This document shows, one piece after another, positions 14,348 through 27,490 of a DNA stretch of 64,000 nt. The notes under the pieces were generated by a model that saw only the letters and a program-made list of their open reading frames with translations, did not search any database and had not been told where the DNA came from. The stretch's first letter is position 1, and the number at the start of each line of letters is the position of its first letter. The stretch is from Dipteris shenzhenensis (Eukaryota), in assembly GCA_047967505.1 (NCBI GenBank), contig CM106538.1, one strand, 5' to 3'. The translations under genes and the position numbers were made by a program.

Positions 14348-17300
14348 ATGGCATCCTCTTCCATGTCTGAAAAGGAGTTTTCCAACATTAAAAAGTTTGA
14401 TGGGACAAACTTTTCGTTGTGGAAAGAACAAATAAGGGATGTGCTTATTCAAAAGAAGCAGATTAAACCCTTGGTAGGGATTGAAGCTAAGCCTGCAAAT
14501 ATGTCAGAGGATGATTCGAATGAGTTGGATGCATTAGCAAAGTCTACTATTAGACTTCATCTTGCAGAGTCAGTTTATTTCATAGTAGTAAATGAGTAGA
14601 CTATGGAAGATTTATGGAAGAAACTGTGTGCCACTTATGAGAAGGAAACTGCCTCTAATAAAGTTTACCTCATGAAGAGGTTGTTTGAGCTGCAGATGAA
14701 GGAGGATGCGTCAATTTTACAAGCAAAAACCTATGAGCAGGTTTATCCAAGCGTGTTTTTCAAGAGATTTAAAAAATAGTATTTCTTTAGGAAACATGGT
14801 ATTTTCACTTTTATTTTATACAGACTAGTCACTCATTCATTTTTACATAACATAAATCTTCTTATTCATAGACATCCATTTGTACCCTTGTTATTACCTT
14901 AAAAAAGTGTTGAAAAATAATTCCTTTAAGATCACTCTCAATGTAATAATATTATACATAAATAATTACTTATTAAACACATTTATATCATATGGCAATA
15001 TCTTTTTTATAGTATTAATAACAAGATATTTATGGACATGTTTTTAAAGAAGTTTAAATTACTATAAACAAGTATTAACTTGGGCTTAAATATCAATTTC
15101 ATAAAATACATGTAATATTTAATACTATATATGCAATATTTTCCAAAATATAACCACATAGATGTCCTCAAATGGGGTTTTCCGATCAATTTGAGTGGCT
15201 GAATGACTATATTTGGACATTGGATGTGAAAGTTATGTCACTTTTAAAAGTGCTGTCCAAGGTAGTTTCGCCAACGAAACTACCTTGGAAGACTACTTCA
15301 AAGGGGTTTCGTTGGTGAAACTACCTTGATGGCTTGCTTCAATGACTTTTATTTAGAGAAGCCCTTTCATGAAGATAGGTTGAGAGAGATTTTTGAATGT
15401 CACCCCCTATTAAGTAAAAGTTGTAAGAAGGATCATAAGGGAATTTTCATGGAGAAGTCTACTCTACATGTGGGTTTCTTCAAAAGCCATCTCATTCTGT
15501 TCTCACCATTCCCAAAGATTCACGTAAAGATTCGTGTATAAAATAGGTATTGCTATAATACTTTGCATATTTCTAAGTGAAACTATGTTTACTTTCGATC
15601 CCTTTTTGCCATATTTTTGCAGAGTTGGAAGCTTTTTTTTTCCTTCGCTCGGAGGCTCAGAAGATTTTGCTCAAAAAATGCTCGTCCCCCAGATGAAGGA
15701 AGGGGTCTCCATTGCTTCTCACTTGAATGAATTCAATATTATTTTTAGCCAGCTTCAGGCTCAGAAGATGAATTTTGATGTGGAGACTAAGGTAATATTT
15801 CTCTTATGTTCATTGCCATCCTCATGGGATACCTTCCGTATAGCTGTTAGTAACTCTGCACCTAGTGGAGTACTAAAATTTGATGATGTTGTGGATAGCT
15901 TGTTGGCCGAGGAGATAAGACGGAAGTCTATGGATGGCAACAAGCAGGATGCAGCCTTAAATGTGCAAAGGGGAAGATCACAGTTCAGGGGGAAGTGCCA
16001 AGAAAGAGGGAAGTCACGTAGCAAATCCAGGGCACGGAACATTGAGTGTTACCACTATGGCAAGAAGGGCCATATGAAAAAGGATTTCTACAAGCTAAAA
16101 AGAGAGCAAAAGGATAAGAAAAAGAATGCAAATTGGGGTGCAAATCAAAAGGAAGAGAGTCCAAGGGAGGACAAAGGAAAAGTGAAGATCGAGGAGATCA
16201 ATGCAGTCACACATGATAGTGACAATGACGTTCTCTTCATGTCTAGTTTATCTGCAGAGTTGCTTACCACTTCAGATGATGCATATTCCCAGGATTGGAT
16301 TTTGGATTCTGGTGCTTCATTCCATGTTACTCCCCATAGGGAATGGTTCTCCACTTATGACAGTGGAAAGACAGGTTGTGTGCATCTTGGAAATGACTAT
16401 GCATGTGACATAGTGGGAGCAGGTGACATAAAGTTTTTTTTTGCAAATGGGTCTGCATTTGTTTTGAAACATGTGAGACATGTGCCTAAGCTGACCAAGA
16501 GTCTTATTTCAGTGGGTCAACTAGATGATGCTGGTTTTCACACCACTTTTGGCTTTTAGAGTTGGAAAATTAAGAAGGGCTCTATGCTTTTGGCCAGGGG
16601 TGCCAAGTGTGGGACTTTGTATCCCTTATATGTATCAGGGGTATTTGATCATGTTGTTGCAATAATCGAGCAGCCAAGCACTTCTTTGTGGCATTGCAGG
16701 TTGGGGCACATGAGCCAGAATGGAATGAAACTCTTATGCTGTTTGGGTTATGTACCGCATTTGAGTTTCTCTGATTTTGAATTTTGTGAGCATTGTCTCT
16801 ATGGGAAGCAGACTAAATCAGCCCATAAAAGAAGGGGAAAGAAAGAGTTTGAAAAGCTTGATTTGGTGCATTCAGACGTATGTGTTCCCATGCCTACACA
16901 ATCATTAGGCGGGGATGAATACTATGTGACATTCATTGATGATGCAACTAGGAAAGTGTGGGCTTATGCTATAGCTCGGAAGAGTGATATTTTAGAAATG
17001 GCTGGCCTTGGTTGAGAATCAGTCAGGTAGAACGCTTAAATGCCTATGGGCTGACAATGGTGGAGAGTATCTCTCTCATGACTTTCAGCATTTCTGTGAT
17101 ACACGTGGGATTAAGAGGGAGCTCACATCCCCTCGTACTCCAGAGCAAAATCGAGTTGCAGAAAAGATGAACCATACCATTCAAGAAAGGTTGCAATGCA
17201 TGCTTTCCAATGCAAGTCTTTCTGGTGGTTTTTGGGCTGAGGTAATGAAGACTGCAGTGCATGTGATCAATAGATCACCTAGTAAGAGTTCGGATGGTGG

Positions 17301-19272
17301 TATTCCTGAAGAGGCATGGAGTGGCAAGAAGCCCTCTTACTCTCATTTGTGTATATTTGGGTGTGAGGCATATGCACATGTGCCAAAAGAGCTTTGAAAG
17401 AAGCTAGATCCTAAGTCTAGGAAATGCATCTTTTTGGGTTATGGTGAAAGTGGAGAGATGGGCTATCGTCTCTGGGATCTAGAAGCAAAGAAGATCATAC
17501 GCAGCCATGATGTAGTCTTCAATGAGAAGAAGATGCATAAGGCACCATGAGGGATGTGGAAATGAGGAGAATCACTTTCCAGGATGTGAATCCACCTGCA
17601 TACGTTGATAGAAAGCAAGCTGTCCATGCACCAAATGTGCAAGAAATGGTACCACCAAGTACTCCCACAGGTATACAATCAAGGGTTGATGATGGATCAT
17701 CTATTGGTGGAAATGATGAGTCAAATGTGGCTGATATCCAGGTGGGACAGCAAGTTGAAATGCCCTTGAGAAGATCTTCTAGAGTGTCTAGACCGCCTGA
17801 TAAGTTTATTCTAGGGGTAGACTATGTGATGCTTACTAATTGCGGGGAGCCTTCTTGCTACAAAGAGGCTATGATGCGCGAGGATCAACGCAAGTGGGAG
17901 TATGCTATGCAATCAAAGATGAGTTCACTTATGAAGAATAAGAATTGGGACTTGGTTTCTTTGCCACATGGAAAGAAAGCATTGCCATGTAAATGGGTCT
18001 ACAAGATGAAGGTCACAGGTGATGACGTGCCTAGGTACAAGGCCCGTTTGGTTGCTAAAGGGTTCAAGCAAGAAGGGTGTGGACTTCGATGAGATATTCT
18101 CTCCGGTTGTGAAGATGACCACACTTAGATGCATGCTTGGACTAGTGGCAGTAGAGGATATGGAGCTTATGCAGATGGATGTCAAGACAGCTTTCTTGCA
18201 TGGGGATTTGCATGAGGAAATTTACATGGTGCATGCGGAAGGCTTTGAAGAAAAGGGCAAAGAGCATTTAGTTTGCAAGCTAAAGAAGAGTCTCTATGGT
18301 CTTAAGCAAGCGCCTAGAGAATGGTATCAGAAGTTTGATGCTTTCATTCAGTCCCAGGGTTTTAGAAGGAGTGAAATTGATCATTGCCTCTACACTAAAA
18401 GGGCTAAGGATAATAGCCTGATAATCTTGGCACTACATGTGGATGATATGCTATTGGCTAGCAAGAATACTTACGAGCTAGATGCATTAAAGGCCAAGTT
18501 GCATGAGGCCTTTGATATGAAGGATTTGGGATTTGCAAGTCATATTCTTGGTATGCACATCACGCGTGATCGGAGTAGGAAACTCCTTTGGCTTTCACAA
18601 AAAGAGTATGTTACAAAAGTATTGCACCATTTCAATATGGAGGGGGGGAAGGCAATGAGTACTCCATTGCCTCCATATGTGAAACTGAGTCATACAGATA
18701 GTCCCAAATCAGATGAGGAGAGGGCCATGATGGCCAAGGTTCCTTATGCATCAGCAATTGGGAGTCTTATGTATGCTATGATAGCTACTAGACCAGACAT
18801 TGCATTTGCAGTGGGAGTTGTTAGCCGGTATATGGCTAATCCAGGAAAGAGGCATTGGGAGCCAGCTAAGTGCATCATGAGGTACATGAAGGGTACCAAG
18901 GAGATGTGCATCTGCTTTGGTAGAGGAGACATGCGTGTACTTGGGTACAAACTATGCAGGGCATGTGGATAGTAGGAGATCCACTTCTGGTTATGTGTTC
19001 ACCTTTGCAGGTGGTGCAGTGTCGTGGATGTCTCGTGCACAGAAGTGCGTTGCTTTGTCTACCACAGAGGCCGAGTATGTTGCAGCCATAGAGGGTCGCA
19101 AGGAGGCTATATGGCTTGATCGGCTAGTGGGAGATTTGGGGATTCATACTTGAGGACAAGCGCATAGAGCTTGTCAAGGTTCATACAGATGATAACCCTG
19201 CCGATATGCTGACGAAGAGTCTACCTAGTCAGCGGTTTGAGTATTGTCATGTATTGATGGGCATTGGATAGT
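14348..19272 (+). pseudogene. gag-pol: Copia-1 gag-pol polyprotein, disrupted by stops, frameshifts, a DNA-TE insert and an RNase H deletion
   Basis: Gag KFDGTNFSLWK, degenerate zinc knuckle CYHYGKKGH, PR WILDSGAS, GAG-pre-integrase LWHCRLGH, INT VHSDVC/TPEQN, RT QMDVKTAFLHG and LHVDDML, RH SRRSTSGY/STTEAEY. Confidence 0.93.
14702..15689. mobile_element. Non-autonomous DNA transposon, MULE-like (~0.99 kb), inserted in Copia-1 gag
   Basis: 9-bp direct repeat CAGATGAAG at 14693-14701 and 15690-15698. Imperfect ~35-bp terminal inverted repeats starting with G, AT-rich body. Gag frame (ELQMKE|GVSIASHLNEF) is restored on removal. Confidence 0.75.
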
Positions 19273-19324
19273 ATGCTCACTAGTTGTTCTCCCTTAAAGG
19301 CACATTGTCCTTTAAGTGGGAGGT

Positions 19325-19475
19325 TGTGGGGGTTAAAGGTCACTGTGCCTTTACCCAAGTTATGTAAAAAGAATGAAAAAGAATATTAGGGTGGTTCTGC
19401 ATCCACCAAAACTTGTGTGGCTCTCTGTCTCTCTCTCTCCTTCTTCCGTTCTTGCTTCCGTTGAGAGCACTCTCA
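19325..19475 (+). repeat. Copia-1 3' LTR (151 bp; lacks a ~20-bp segment containing the TATA box)
   Basis: TG..CA termini, PPT before, TSD CTAAT after. Confidence 0.92.
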
Positions 19476-21683
19476 CTAATAAGAGATTGGCACCATTGCC
19501 ATTCTCCACTTGTACAGATAATTACCCTAATATTCTAGGAGGGGTATTCCAAGGATCATAGGGGTATTCCACATGTGAGATTGGCACCACTGCCATTCTC
19601 CACTGGTGACATTCTCCACTGGTGGCATTCTCCACAGAGATTGACACAATTCCATATGATCTCTACACAGTGGAGACTGTGATCACTACATGGAAGAATG
19701 CACATGTGATTTTAGGCTTCTCAATGCCATTTTCTAGGGCCTAATAAGAGATTGGCACCACTGCCATTCTCCACTTGTACAAATGTTTACCGTACTATTC
19801 TAGGAGGGGTATTCTAGTGATCATAGGAGAGTGGTGTTCGATTCCATTCCACATGTGAGTTTGATGATCTCAGTGTCATTATGTAGTTGCCAGCATGAGA
19901 TTGGCATCACTGCCATTCTCCACTAGTGGTAATCTAGAAAAACCAAACCTGTAGATTGACATTCCACTAATTTTATTAGATGCACTAGGATAATGGCAAA
20001 AGTTTCAATGCACATGTGAGTTTGATGATCTCAGTGTCATTATGTAGTTGCCAACATGAGATTGGCATCACTGCCATTCTCCACTAGTGGTAGTGCCAAT
20101 GCACATGTGAGTTTAGGATTCCTTGTGCATGTTTTTAGGTCATGGTATGAGATTGGCACCACTGCCATTCTCCATAGATATTGACACAATTCCATATGAT
20201 ATCTACACAGCGGAGATGGTGATCACTACATAGAAGAATGCACATGTGAGTTTAGGCTTCTCCACTAGTGGTAATCTAGACAAACTAAACCTATAGATTC
20301 ACATTCCACTAATTTTATTGGCTGCATATGTGAGTTTAGGCTTCACAGTGCCATTTTCTAGGGCCTAATAAGAGATTGGCACCACTGGCATTTTCCGCTT
20401 GTACAAATGTTTACCCTAATATTCTAGGAGGGGTATTCCAAGGATCATAGGAGAATGGTGCCCGATTCCAATCCACATGTGAGTTTGAGGATCTCAGTGT
20501 CATTATGTAGTTGCCTGCATGAGATTGGCATCACTTCAATTCTCCACTGGTGGCAGTCTAGATAAACTAAAATTGTAGACTGACATTCCACACATTTTAT
20601 TGGCTGCAATAGTATAATGGCAAAAGTGCCAATGCAGATGTGAGTTTAGGATTCCTTGTGCCATTTTTAAGGTCTTGGTATGAGATTGGCACCACTGCCA
20701 TTCTCCACTGGTGGCATTCTCCACAAAGATTGACACAAATCCATTCTCAAGTGGTGCCAATCTCTTATTAGGCCCTAGAAAATGGCATTGAGAAGCATGC
20801 ACATGTGACTTTAGGCTTCTCAATGCCATTTTCTAGGGCCTAATAATAGCTTGGCACCTTGCCATTCTCCACTTGTACAAATGTTTACCCTACTATTCTA
20901 GGTGGGGTATTCTAGTGATCATAGGAGAATGGTGTACGATTCCAATCCACATGTGAGTTTGTTGATCGTAGTGTCATTATGTAGGTGCCTGCATGAGATT
21001 GGCATCACTGCCATTCTCCACTAGTGGTAATCTAGACAAACTAGACCTATAGATTGACATTCCACTAATTTTATTGGTTGCAGTAGGATAATGGCAAAAG
21101 TGCCAATGCTCATGTGAGTTTAGGATTCCTTGTGCATGTTTTAGAGAATGGCACCACTGCCATTCTCCACCTGTGGAACATAGAAGAATGGAATGTGAGT
21201 TTAGGCTTCTCAGTGCCATTTTCTAGGGCCCAATAAGAGATTGGCACCACTACCATTCTCCCTCAGTATAGTTGTTTACCCTAATATTATAGGAGGGGTA
21301 TTCCAGTGATCATAGGAGAATGGTGCTAGGTTCCAATACACATGTGAGTTTGGGGATCTAAGTTCCATTATGTAGATCCCAATGGAAATCTACACAAACT
21401 CAACATGTAGATTGACATTCCACTAATTTTATTGGCTGTAGCAGGATAATGGTCAAAGTGCAAATGCACATGTGAGTTTAGGATTCCTTGTGCATGTTTT
21501 CAGGTCATGGTATGAGATTAGCACCACTGCCATTCTCCCCACTGGTGGCATTCTCTACAGAGATTGACACAATTCCATATGATCCATACATAGCAGAGAC
21601 AGTGATCACTACATAGAAGAATGCACATTACCACTAGTAGAGAATGGCAGTAGGATAATGGCAAAAGTGCTAGAGTTTAGGCT
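19476..21683. repeat. Satellite, higher-order unit copy 1
   Basis: Same modules as 1-10246. 19476-~21435 is colinear with 29425-~31368. Confidence 0.92.
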
Positions 21684-22028
21684 TGACAAAATATGAAGAG
21701 GGGAGAGGAGAAGAGTGGAGATGAGGAGAGAGGGCACAGCTAGAGAGCACACCACAAATGACTAACTGTACACTAGATTTAGTTGAAAAAATAGAATATA
21801 TACAAACCCTTTTAGGGTTAGGGTTAGGGGATCTAACCCTTTCCTTTATAGCACTCTATAAGGTTAGTGCTATGCACATATGATCACGTGATGGTGCTAT
21901 GCACACATGATCACATGATGTTTAGCATGAACTCTCAACACCTTCCCTCAAGATCAACATCATGAAGTAGGCCTTCCGTCAAGATGATGATTCTGGGGAA
22001 TCGAAGAAGGACTGAGCATTACATTCCA

Positions 22029-25000
22029 TCACACCCCTTTAATGGGAATGTCCTTCCTCTGCATCAAACCAAGAGCTAGTTGGTGTTTCTCGAATAGCTC
22101 TTTACCGAGTGGTTTGGTAAAGATGTCTGCAACATTTTCTTTGCTATCACAATGCTGCAGTGTGATGTCACCAAGTAACGCTCTTTCTCTGATGAAGTGC
22201 TCTCTCACATCAATGTGCTTTGTCCTGGAGTGATATACTGGATTTTTGGCCAATGCTTGAGCCGATTGATTATCACAATATATTGTTGTTGGCTTTAACT
22301 CATCAAAGTAATCTGTTTCTGACAATAGTCTTCTGAGCCATATAGCCTCACATGCACCTGTAGTGAGTGCCCTATATTCTGCTTCAGTCGAAGACAAAGA
22401 AACAATTGGTTGTTTGTTTGACAACCATGATATAGCACCTTGACCGGAAAAATGCATATCCCTATGTCGATCTCCTGGTCTCATGATCTCTAGCATAGTC
22501 ACTGTCATAGTATCCATGCAACCGTGGATGACTTCCTCTGTATTCTATCCCAAACTGTCTTGTACCTCTGATGTATCTCAAGACTCTTTTGGCTGCATTC
22601 CAGTGAGACTGTTTTGGATTTGCCATAAACTGTGCTAGTGAGCTTACTGCATAACAAATATCTGGCCGTGTGATTGTCAGATATATAAGAGATCCAATGA
22701 GCTACCTGTAGTATCTGTCATTGACTATAGGCTTTTCTGAATCTTTAGTAAGTTTCAAACTCTGCTCCATGGAAGTGGCTGCAATCTTGCAATTTGCCAT
22801 ATGAAACTTCTTCAGGAGACCGTCAACATACTTGAGCTGACTCATAAATGTGCTATCTGAATCTTTCCAAAACTCAATTCCAAGACAATAGTGCATAAGT
22901 CCAAGATCTTTCATGTCAAACTCTACAGATAAGTCTTGTTTTAGTTTTCTGATGAAGCTATCCTTGCTTCCTGTCACAATCAGATCATCTACGTACAAGA
23001 GTGCAATAGTAATTTCTTCCCCTTGAACTTTGTAGTAGAGAGTATGATCTGCATTGGACTTCATGTATCCCAGATCAACAAAAGACTTGTCAATTCTGCT
23101 GTACCAACTTCTGGGTGCTTGCTTTAAGCCGTAGAGACTTTTCTTAAGATGGCAAACCTTGTTCTCTTTTCCTGGTTCAACATAACCTGCTAGTTTTTGC
23201 ATGTAGACTTCCTCGTCTAGATAACCATTGAGAAATGCATTCTTGACATCGAGCTGATACACATTCCATTTGCTGAGTGTCGCTAGTGATATCAAGAACC
23301 GTATGGAATCCATCTTTGCTACTGGAGCATAAGTCTCATCATAGTCTTGACCATATTGTTGTGCAAATCCTTTTGCAACTAATCTGGCTTCATATCTTTG
23401 AATACTGCCATCTGGATTGTACTTCACTTTGTATACCCATTTGTTGGCTATGGCCGCCTTTCCTGGTGGAAGTTCGCATAATTCCCAAGTGTTATTTTTA
23501 TACAAAGCATCCATTTCTTCATTCATAGCAGTTTGCCATTCTGGCTTATCTACTGCGTCTTTGAAGTACACTAGCTCTTCTGTAGCCATGATGGTAGTCA
23601 TAAGAGCATAGTTGGTGGTTTCCACCTGAATTGCTTTGCCTTTCTGAGCATATGTTAATATGACTGGTGGTCTGCTTTCCCTAGTAGACCGTCTGAGTTG
23701 TTGTGGTGCTGCTTGGGGTGTTGCTGGCAATTCTTGCTCTTCTTCATCAACCTGTTCTGTAGATGACTGTGAAGTCGATGCTTCTATCTCCTGTGTAGGT
23801 GAGGTTTTCCATTCTGATTCCTCATCGAAGATTACATCTCTAGAGATAATGACTTTGCGGATGATGGGATCATACAATTTGTATGCTTTGCTTTCTTCAC
23901 TGTAGCCAACCATGATGCATTTGCGTGACTTCGCATCCAATTTCCTACGATGATCATCATGTATGTGGGCATATGCTATGCAACCAAATATGCAGAGATG
24001 CCCAATGCATGGCTTGTGTCTAGTGAATGCTTCATAAGGAGTCATACCTTGTATTGGTTCGGTAGGAAGCCGATTAAGCAAATAGTTAGCTGTAGCTATT
24101 GCTTCTGCCCAATACTGATTCGGAAGATGCTTTTCACTAAGCATTGCTCTAGCACTGTCTGCTAAAGTCCCATTCTTCCTTTCAGCTCTTGCATTTTGCT
24201 GAGGAGTATCTGCACATGTGAATTGTCTTCGTATGCCGTGATTTTTGCAAAAGTTCATGAATGCTGAAGACATGTATTCACCTCCTCTATCTGATCTCAT
24301 GACCTTGATCTTTCTGCCTGTTTGGTTTTCTACCATGGCTTTGAATTCTTGAAATCTGGAAAACACTTCAGATTTTTCTTTCAGAAAGTAGACCCAACAA
24401 TATCTGCTATAGTCATCGATGAAGGTCAAGTAATAAAGTGAACCATTAATGCTGCGGGTTTGGGCATAACCCCATACATCTGTATGTATCAAATCAAGAA
24501 TACCTCGTGCACGAGAGGTACTTCTAACAAAGTTGGTTCACTTTTGTTTGTCGAAGCAGCATGCTTCACAAACCTTTCCAAGAAACTGTAGCTTCGGAAT
24601 CCCAATTGCCATATTCTGATTCCTGAGGTCTAACAAGTACTTGAAGTTGACATGACCATATCTCTTGTGCCATTTTGCAGATAGTGGCATCTGTTGCATT
24701 TGAGCTGACATGGCATGCTTATCTGGTACTGTAGCTAGCATCCTGTATAAGCGTCCTTCCTTGACACCTTTTGCTACTAGCTTACCTCTTTTGAATTTGT
24801 CTCTGATAGTGCATTCATCACCGTCGAAGATGACTTTGTAGTTGTGTTCCATCATTTGACCTACTGACAAAAGGTTCTTGCTGAGCTTTGGAACATAGAG
24901 CACATCTTTGACTAATCCTTTTGTACCAGTGAAATTGTTCATAGGGATAACACCTGTCCCTTGAACCGGATTTGGTGTATTGTCTGCTGTGTAGATGACA

Positions 25001-26292
25001 TTCTTTTGAACTTCTAATGGCTTCATTTCTGTGAACCATTCCTGATGATTTGTCATATGAGATGATGCACCGTTGTCGATGTACCAAGGATCCTGTTCCA
25101 CTTGGTCGACTTGATGGTTGAAATCCTCTTTGGGATTGAAATCAGTGTCTAGGTGCATTATATCAGTCTGATGCAATTCCTCACTTGCAAGAAACATATT
25201 TCCATGTTCATTTGCAAAATGACTGTGACTAGAATGTCCACCACGATGATTTCCTCTTCCTCGGGAATTCCCTCGATTACTGCTGGATTGATCGCCTTGG
25301 TCATACTGCTTCTTGCGGCAATCTCTTTCATAGTGTCCAAACTTGTGACAGTAGTTGCACTGAATGTTTGACACATTGGTGGATGCATTCCCTCGTCCTT
25401 GGAATCTTCCTCGATTGGAATGATTTCCTCTTTGCTGATTTTGATGTTGCTGAGGATGATGATGATGCTGATGCTGATTTTGACTTTGATTTTGTTGATG
25501 ATGACCACTTTTTTGATATGATCTACCTCTGTTTCTGCCTTTGCCTCGGCTTCTATCTGAAGCTATGAAAGCCTGATCATTAGAATGACCTTTACGTGCT
25601 TGAATAGCCTCAGTCCTGAGTTCTTCACCAAGTAGAATTGACTGAAGTTCTTCCAGTGTTGGAATTTGCCGTTGGATGGCAATACTCTGGACTAGATTCT
25701 CATATCCTTCTCCTAGTCCATTCAGGATTACTTGAACCATTTCTGTGGGATTCATAGTCTCTCCTACTGCTACAAGTTGATTGTTGTAGTCTTTGATGCG
25801 GAGTATATAAGCATGACCAGTTTCATTGCTGTTGCGGAAACTCTGGTTGATTGGGTTTCTCAGGGTGAGAATCCTGGATGTGTTCTTGGACTCGTAGAGA
25901 GCTGCGAACATATCCCATGCTTCTTTTGATGTCTTAACTGTGTTGAGCTGTCCTAGCATGACATCTTGCACATTCTGCTTGATCAGGTGATAGGCATACT
26001 TGTCTTTCTTATCCCATTCTGCTTGAGCTCGGGCAATGGCAGGATCTGCTACTGGTGCGGAAACTGTTTGTGTAGATGTAGATCCCGATGTAGATCTCGT
26101 TGTTGGTGCTGTGACAATAGATGGAGTAGAGCTACTGGTGGCTGGATCGGCCAATGGTCTAGGTATAGATCCATCGACATACTCCCATTTGTCTTGAAGC
26201 ACAAGAATGGTCTCCATTCGGTATTTCCATGTACCATAATTGGAGTTGTCTAACTTAGCAGATGCCTCTAGATTGAGGTTGCTAGTCGACAT
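22029..26292 (-). pseudogene. gag-pol: Copia-2 gag-pol with in-frame stops at 24538-40 and 22702-04 and a lesion near the RT/RH junction
   Basis: Gag KLDNSNYGTWK, zinc knuckle CNYCHKFGHYERDC, PR WYIDNGASSHM, KWHKRYGH, INT IHTDVWG/TPQQN, RT QLDVKNAFLNG and LYVDDLI, RH SSTEAEY/IYCDNQSA/ADIFTK. ORFs 24538-26292 and 22702-24492 are in the same frame. Confidence 0.95.
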
Positions 26293-27264
26293 GGTGCAAA
26301 CAATGTACTCAGAATGTCCTGAAAAACTCTGTATGAATCAACTGCAAATACACTGAAGATGCCAAATGAAATCTCTGTACCGTCGGTGAAGATAGAACTG
26401 CAGTATATAAGATCTGATCTGTGTTACAAGGCTTGTGGCAATGATGCCGGGAATAGCCAAGAGGCTTTACAAGGCTGAAAATGATGTACACAATGCCGTG
26501 AGATAGCCGAATAGGCTTTACAATGGTGGCATGTGTGTGTGAAATCAAGTGCTATCTGCCCACTGAATCAATCTGCAATGCCTCTAAACTCTGAAGTCTG
26601 CTCACTGAACTGATGAACGTAAGGTTTCAGGTAATGTAATGATGTGAAATCGGATGTGAGTGTATGGACTGACTCCGAGTAGGTACTAGTCGAGAATTTT
26701 GGGCATGGCTTAGATTGGCAACTTGGGGAAATTCAAAGCGTCCCCTCTATGGCGATCTAGTCTACTCTGATCTAGATCGAAACCAACCGTCGATCGATGA
26801 AAGAACAGCAAATAATTCCTTTTCTTTTGTTCTTTTTAAGTGCTGGGTCAGATGCGTCGATGTAGAGGCAAATGTGCGTGAAGGAAATGGTTTTGTTGGC
26901 GAGGGTCAAATGTGAGTGTAACTTGCGCCGAAATGTGTGCATGATGTGACGAGCGCGTAGAGCACAAAAAAACGAGCGACTTTCCTTTTTGGAGCACCCT
27001 CAAATTCTTCCTGGATCAAGAGATACGTCTTGATCTAGGTAGAGGGGCAAAAGGAGTGCAAATGGTGCTCAATGATGATGTCACTGTGAGTCACATGCAA
27101 TGATGATGTGGCACTGTGCTTAGCAAGAGGTGTGCTAGTGAAGCTCTGTGCTGAGATGGCAAGAGTGTGCACATGCAGTGTGTGCACAGTGTGCCTGGCA
27201 AGGGACTGTGCTTGTAGGGGACAGTGTTGAGGTGGCACTACTGACGTGGCAGAGGTGACGTGGC

Positions 27265-27490
27265 AGTGATGATGTGGCCTGATGATGTGGCTTGATGATG
27301 TGGCTTGGTGATGTGGCATTGATGATGTGGCTTGATGATGTGGCTTGATGATGTGGCTTGGTGACGTGGCTATCGGTGCTGACATGGCAGGATGACATGG
27401 CCTGCTTACGTGGCACTGATGATGTGGCACTATGGCTAAGGATGCCACATGGCAGAGGATAAGACAGCTACACGTGGCACATCTGGGTGC
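27265..27490. repeat. 13-bp-type tandem repeat (TGATGATGTGGCT) in the Copia-2 5' leader
   Basis: About 8 near-perfect copies, then degenerate ACGTGGCA/ATGTGGCA copies. Confidence 0.85.

Larger units (their letters stand above)
10247..19475 (+). mobile_element. Ty1/Copia LTR retrotransposon, degenerate (Copia-1), with duplicated 5' end
   Basis: 5' LTRs at 10247-10417 and 12204-12374, 3' LTR at 19325-19475. TSD CTAAT at 10242-46, 12199-203 and 19476-80. tRNA-Met PBS TGGTATCAGAGC, PPT AAGTGGGAGG, domain order gag-PR-INT-RT-RH. Confidence 0.95.

Noticed and set aside
15534-15689. Signal-peptide-like N-terminus of the 341-aa ORF
   Set aside because: It is read-through from the DNA-transposon insert into gag.
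21804-21841. Interstitial telomere or chromosome-healing site
   Set aside because: Only three units, present identically in both LTRs, so it is part of the element.
27035-27448. His/Ser-rich ORFs in the Copia-2 leader
   Set aside because: They are translations of the 13-bp tandem repeat.
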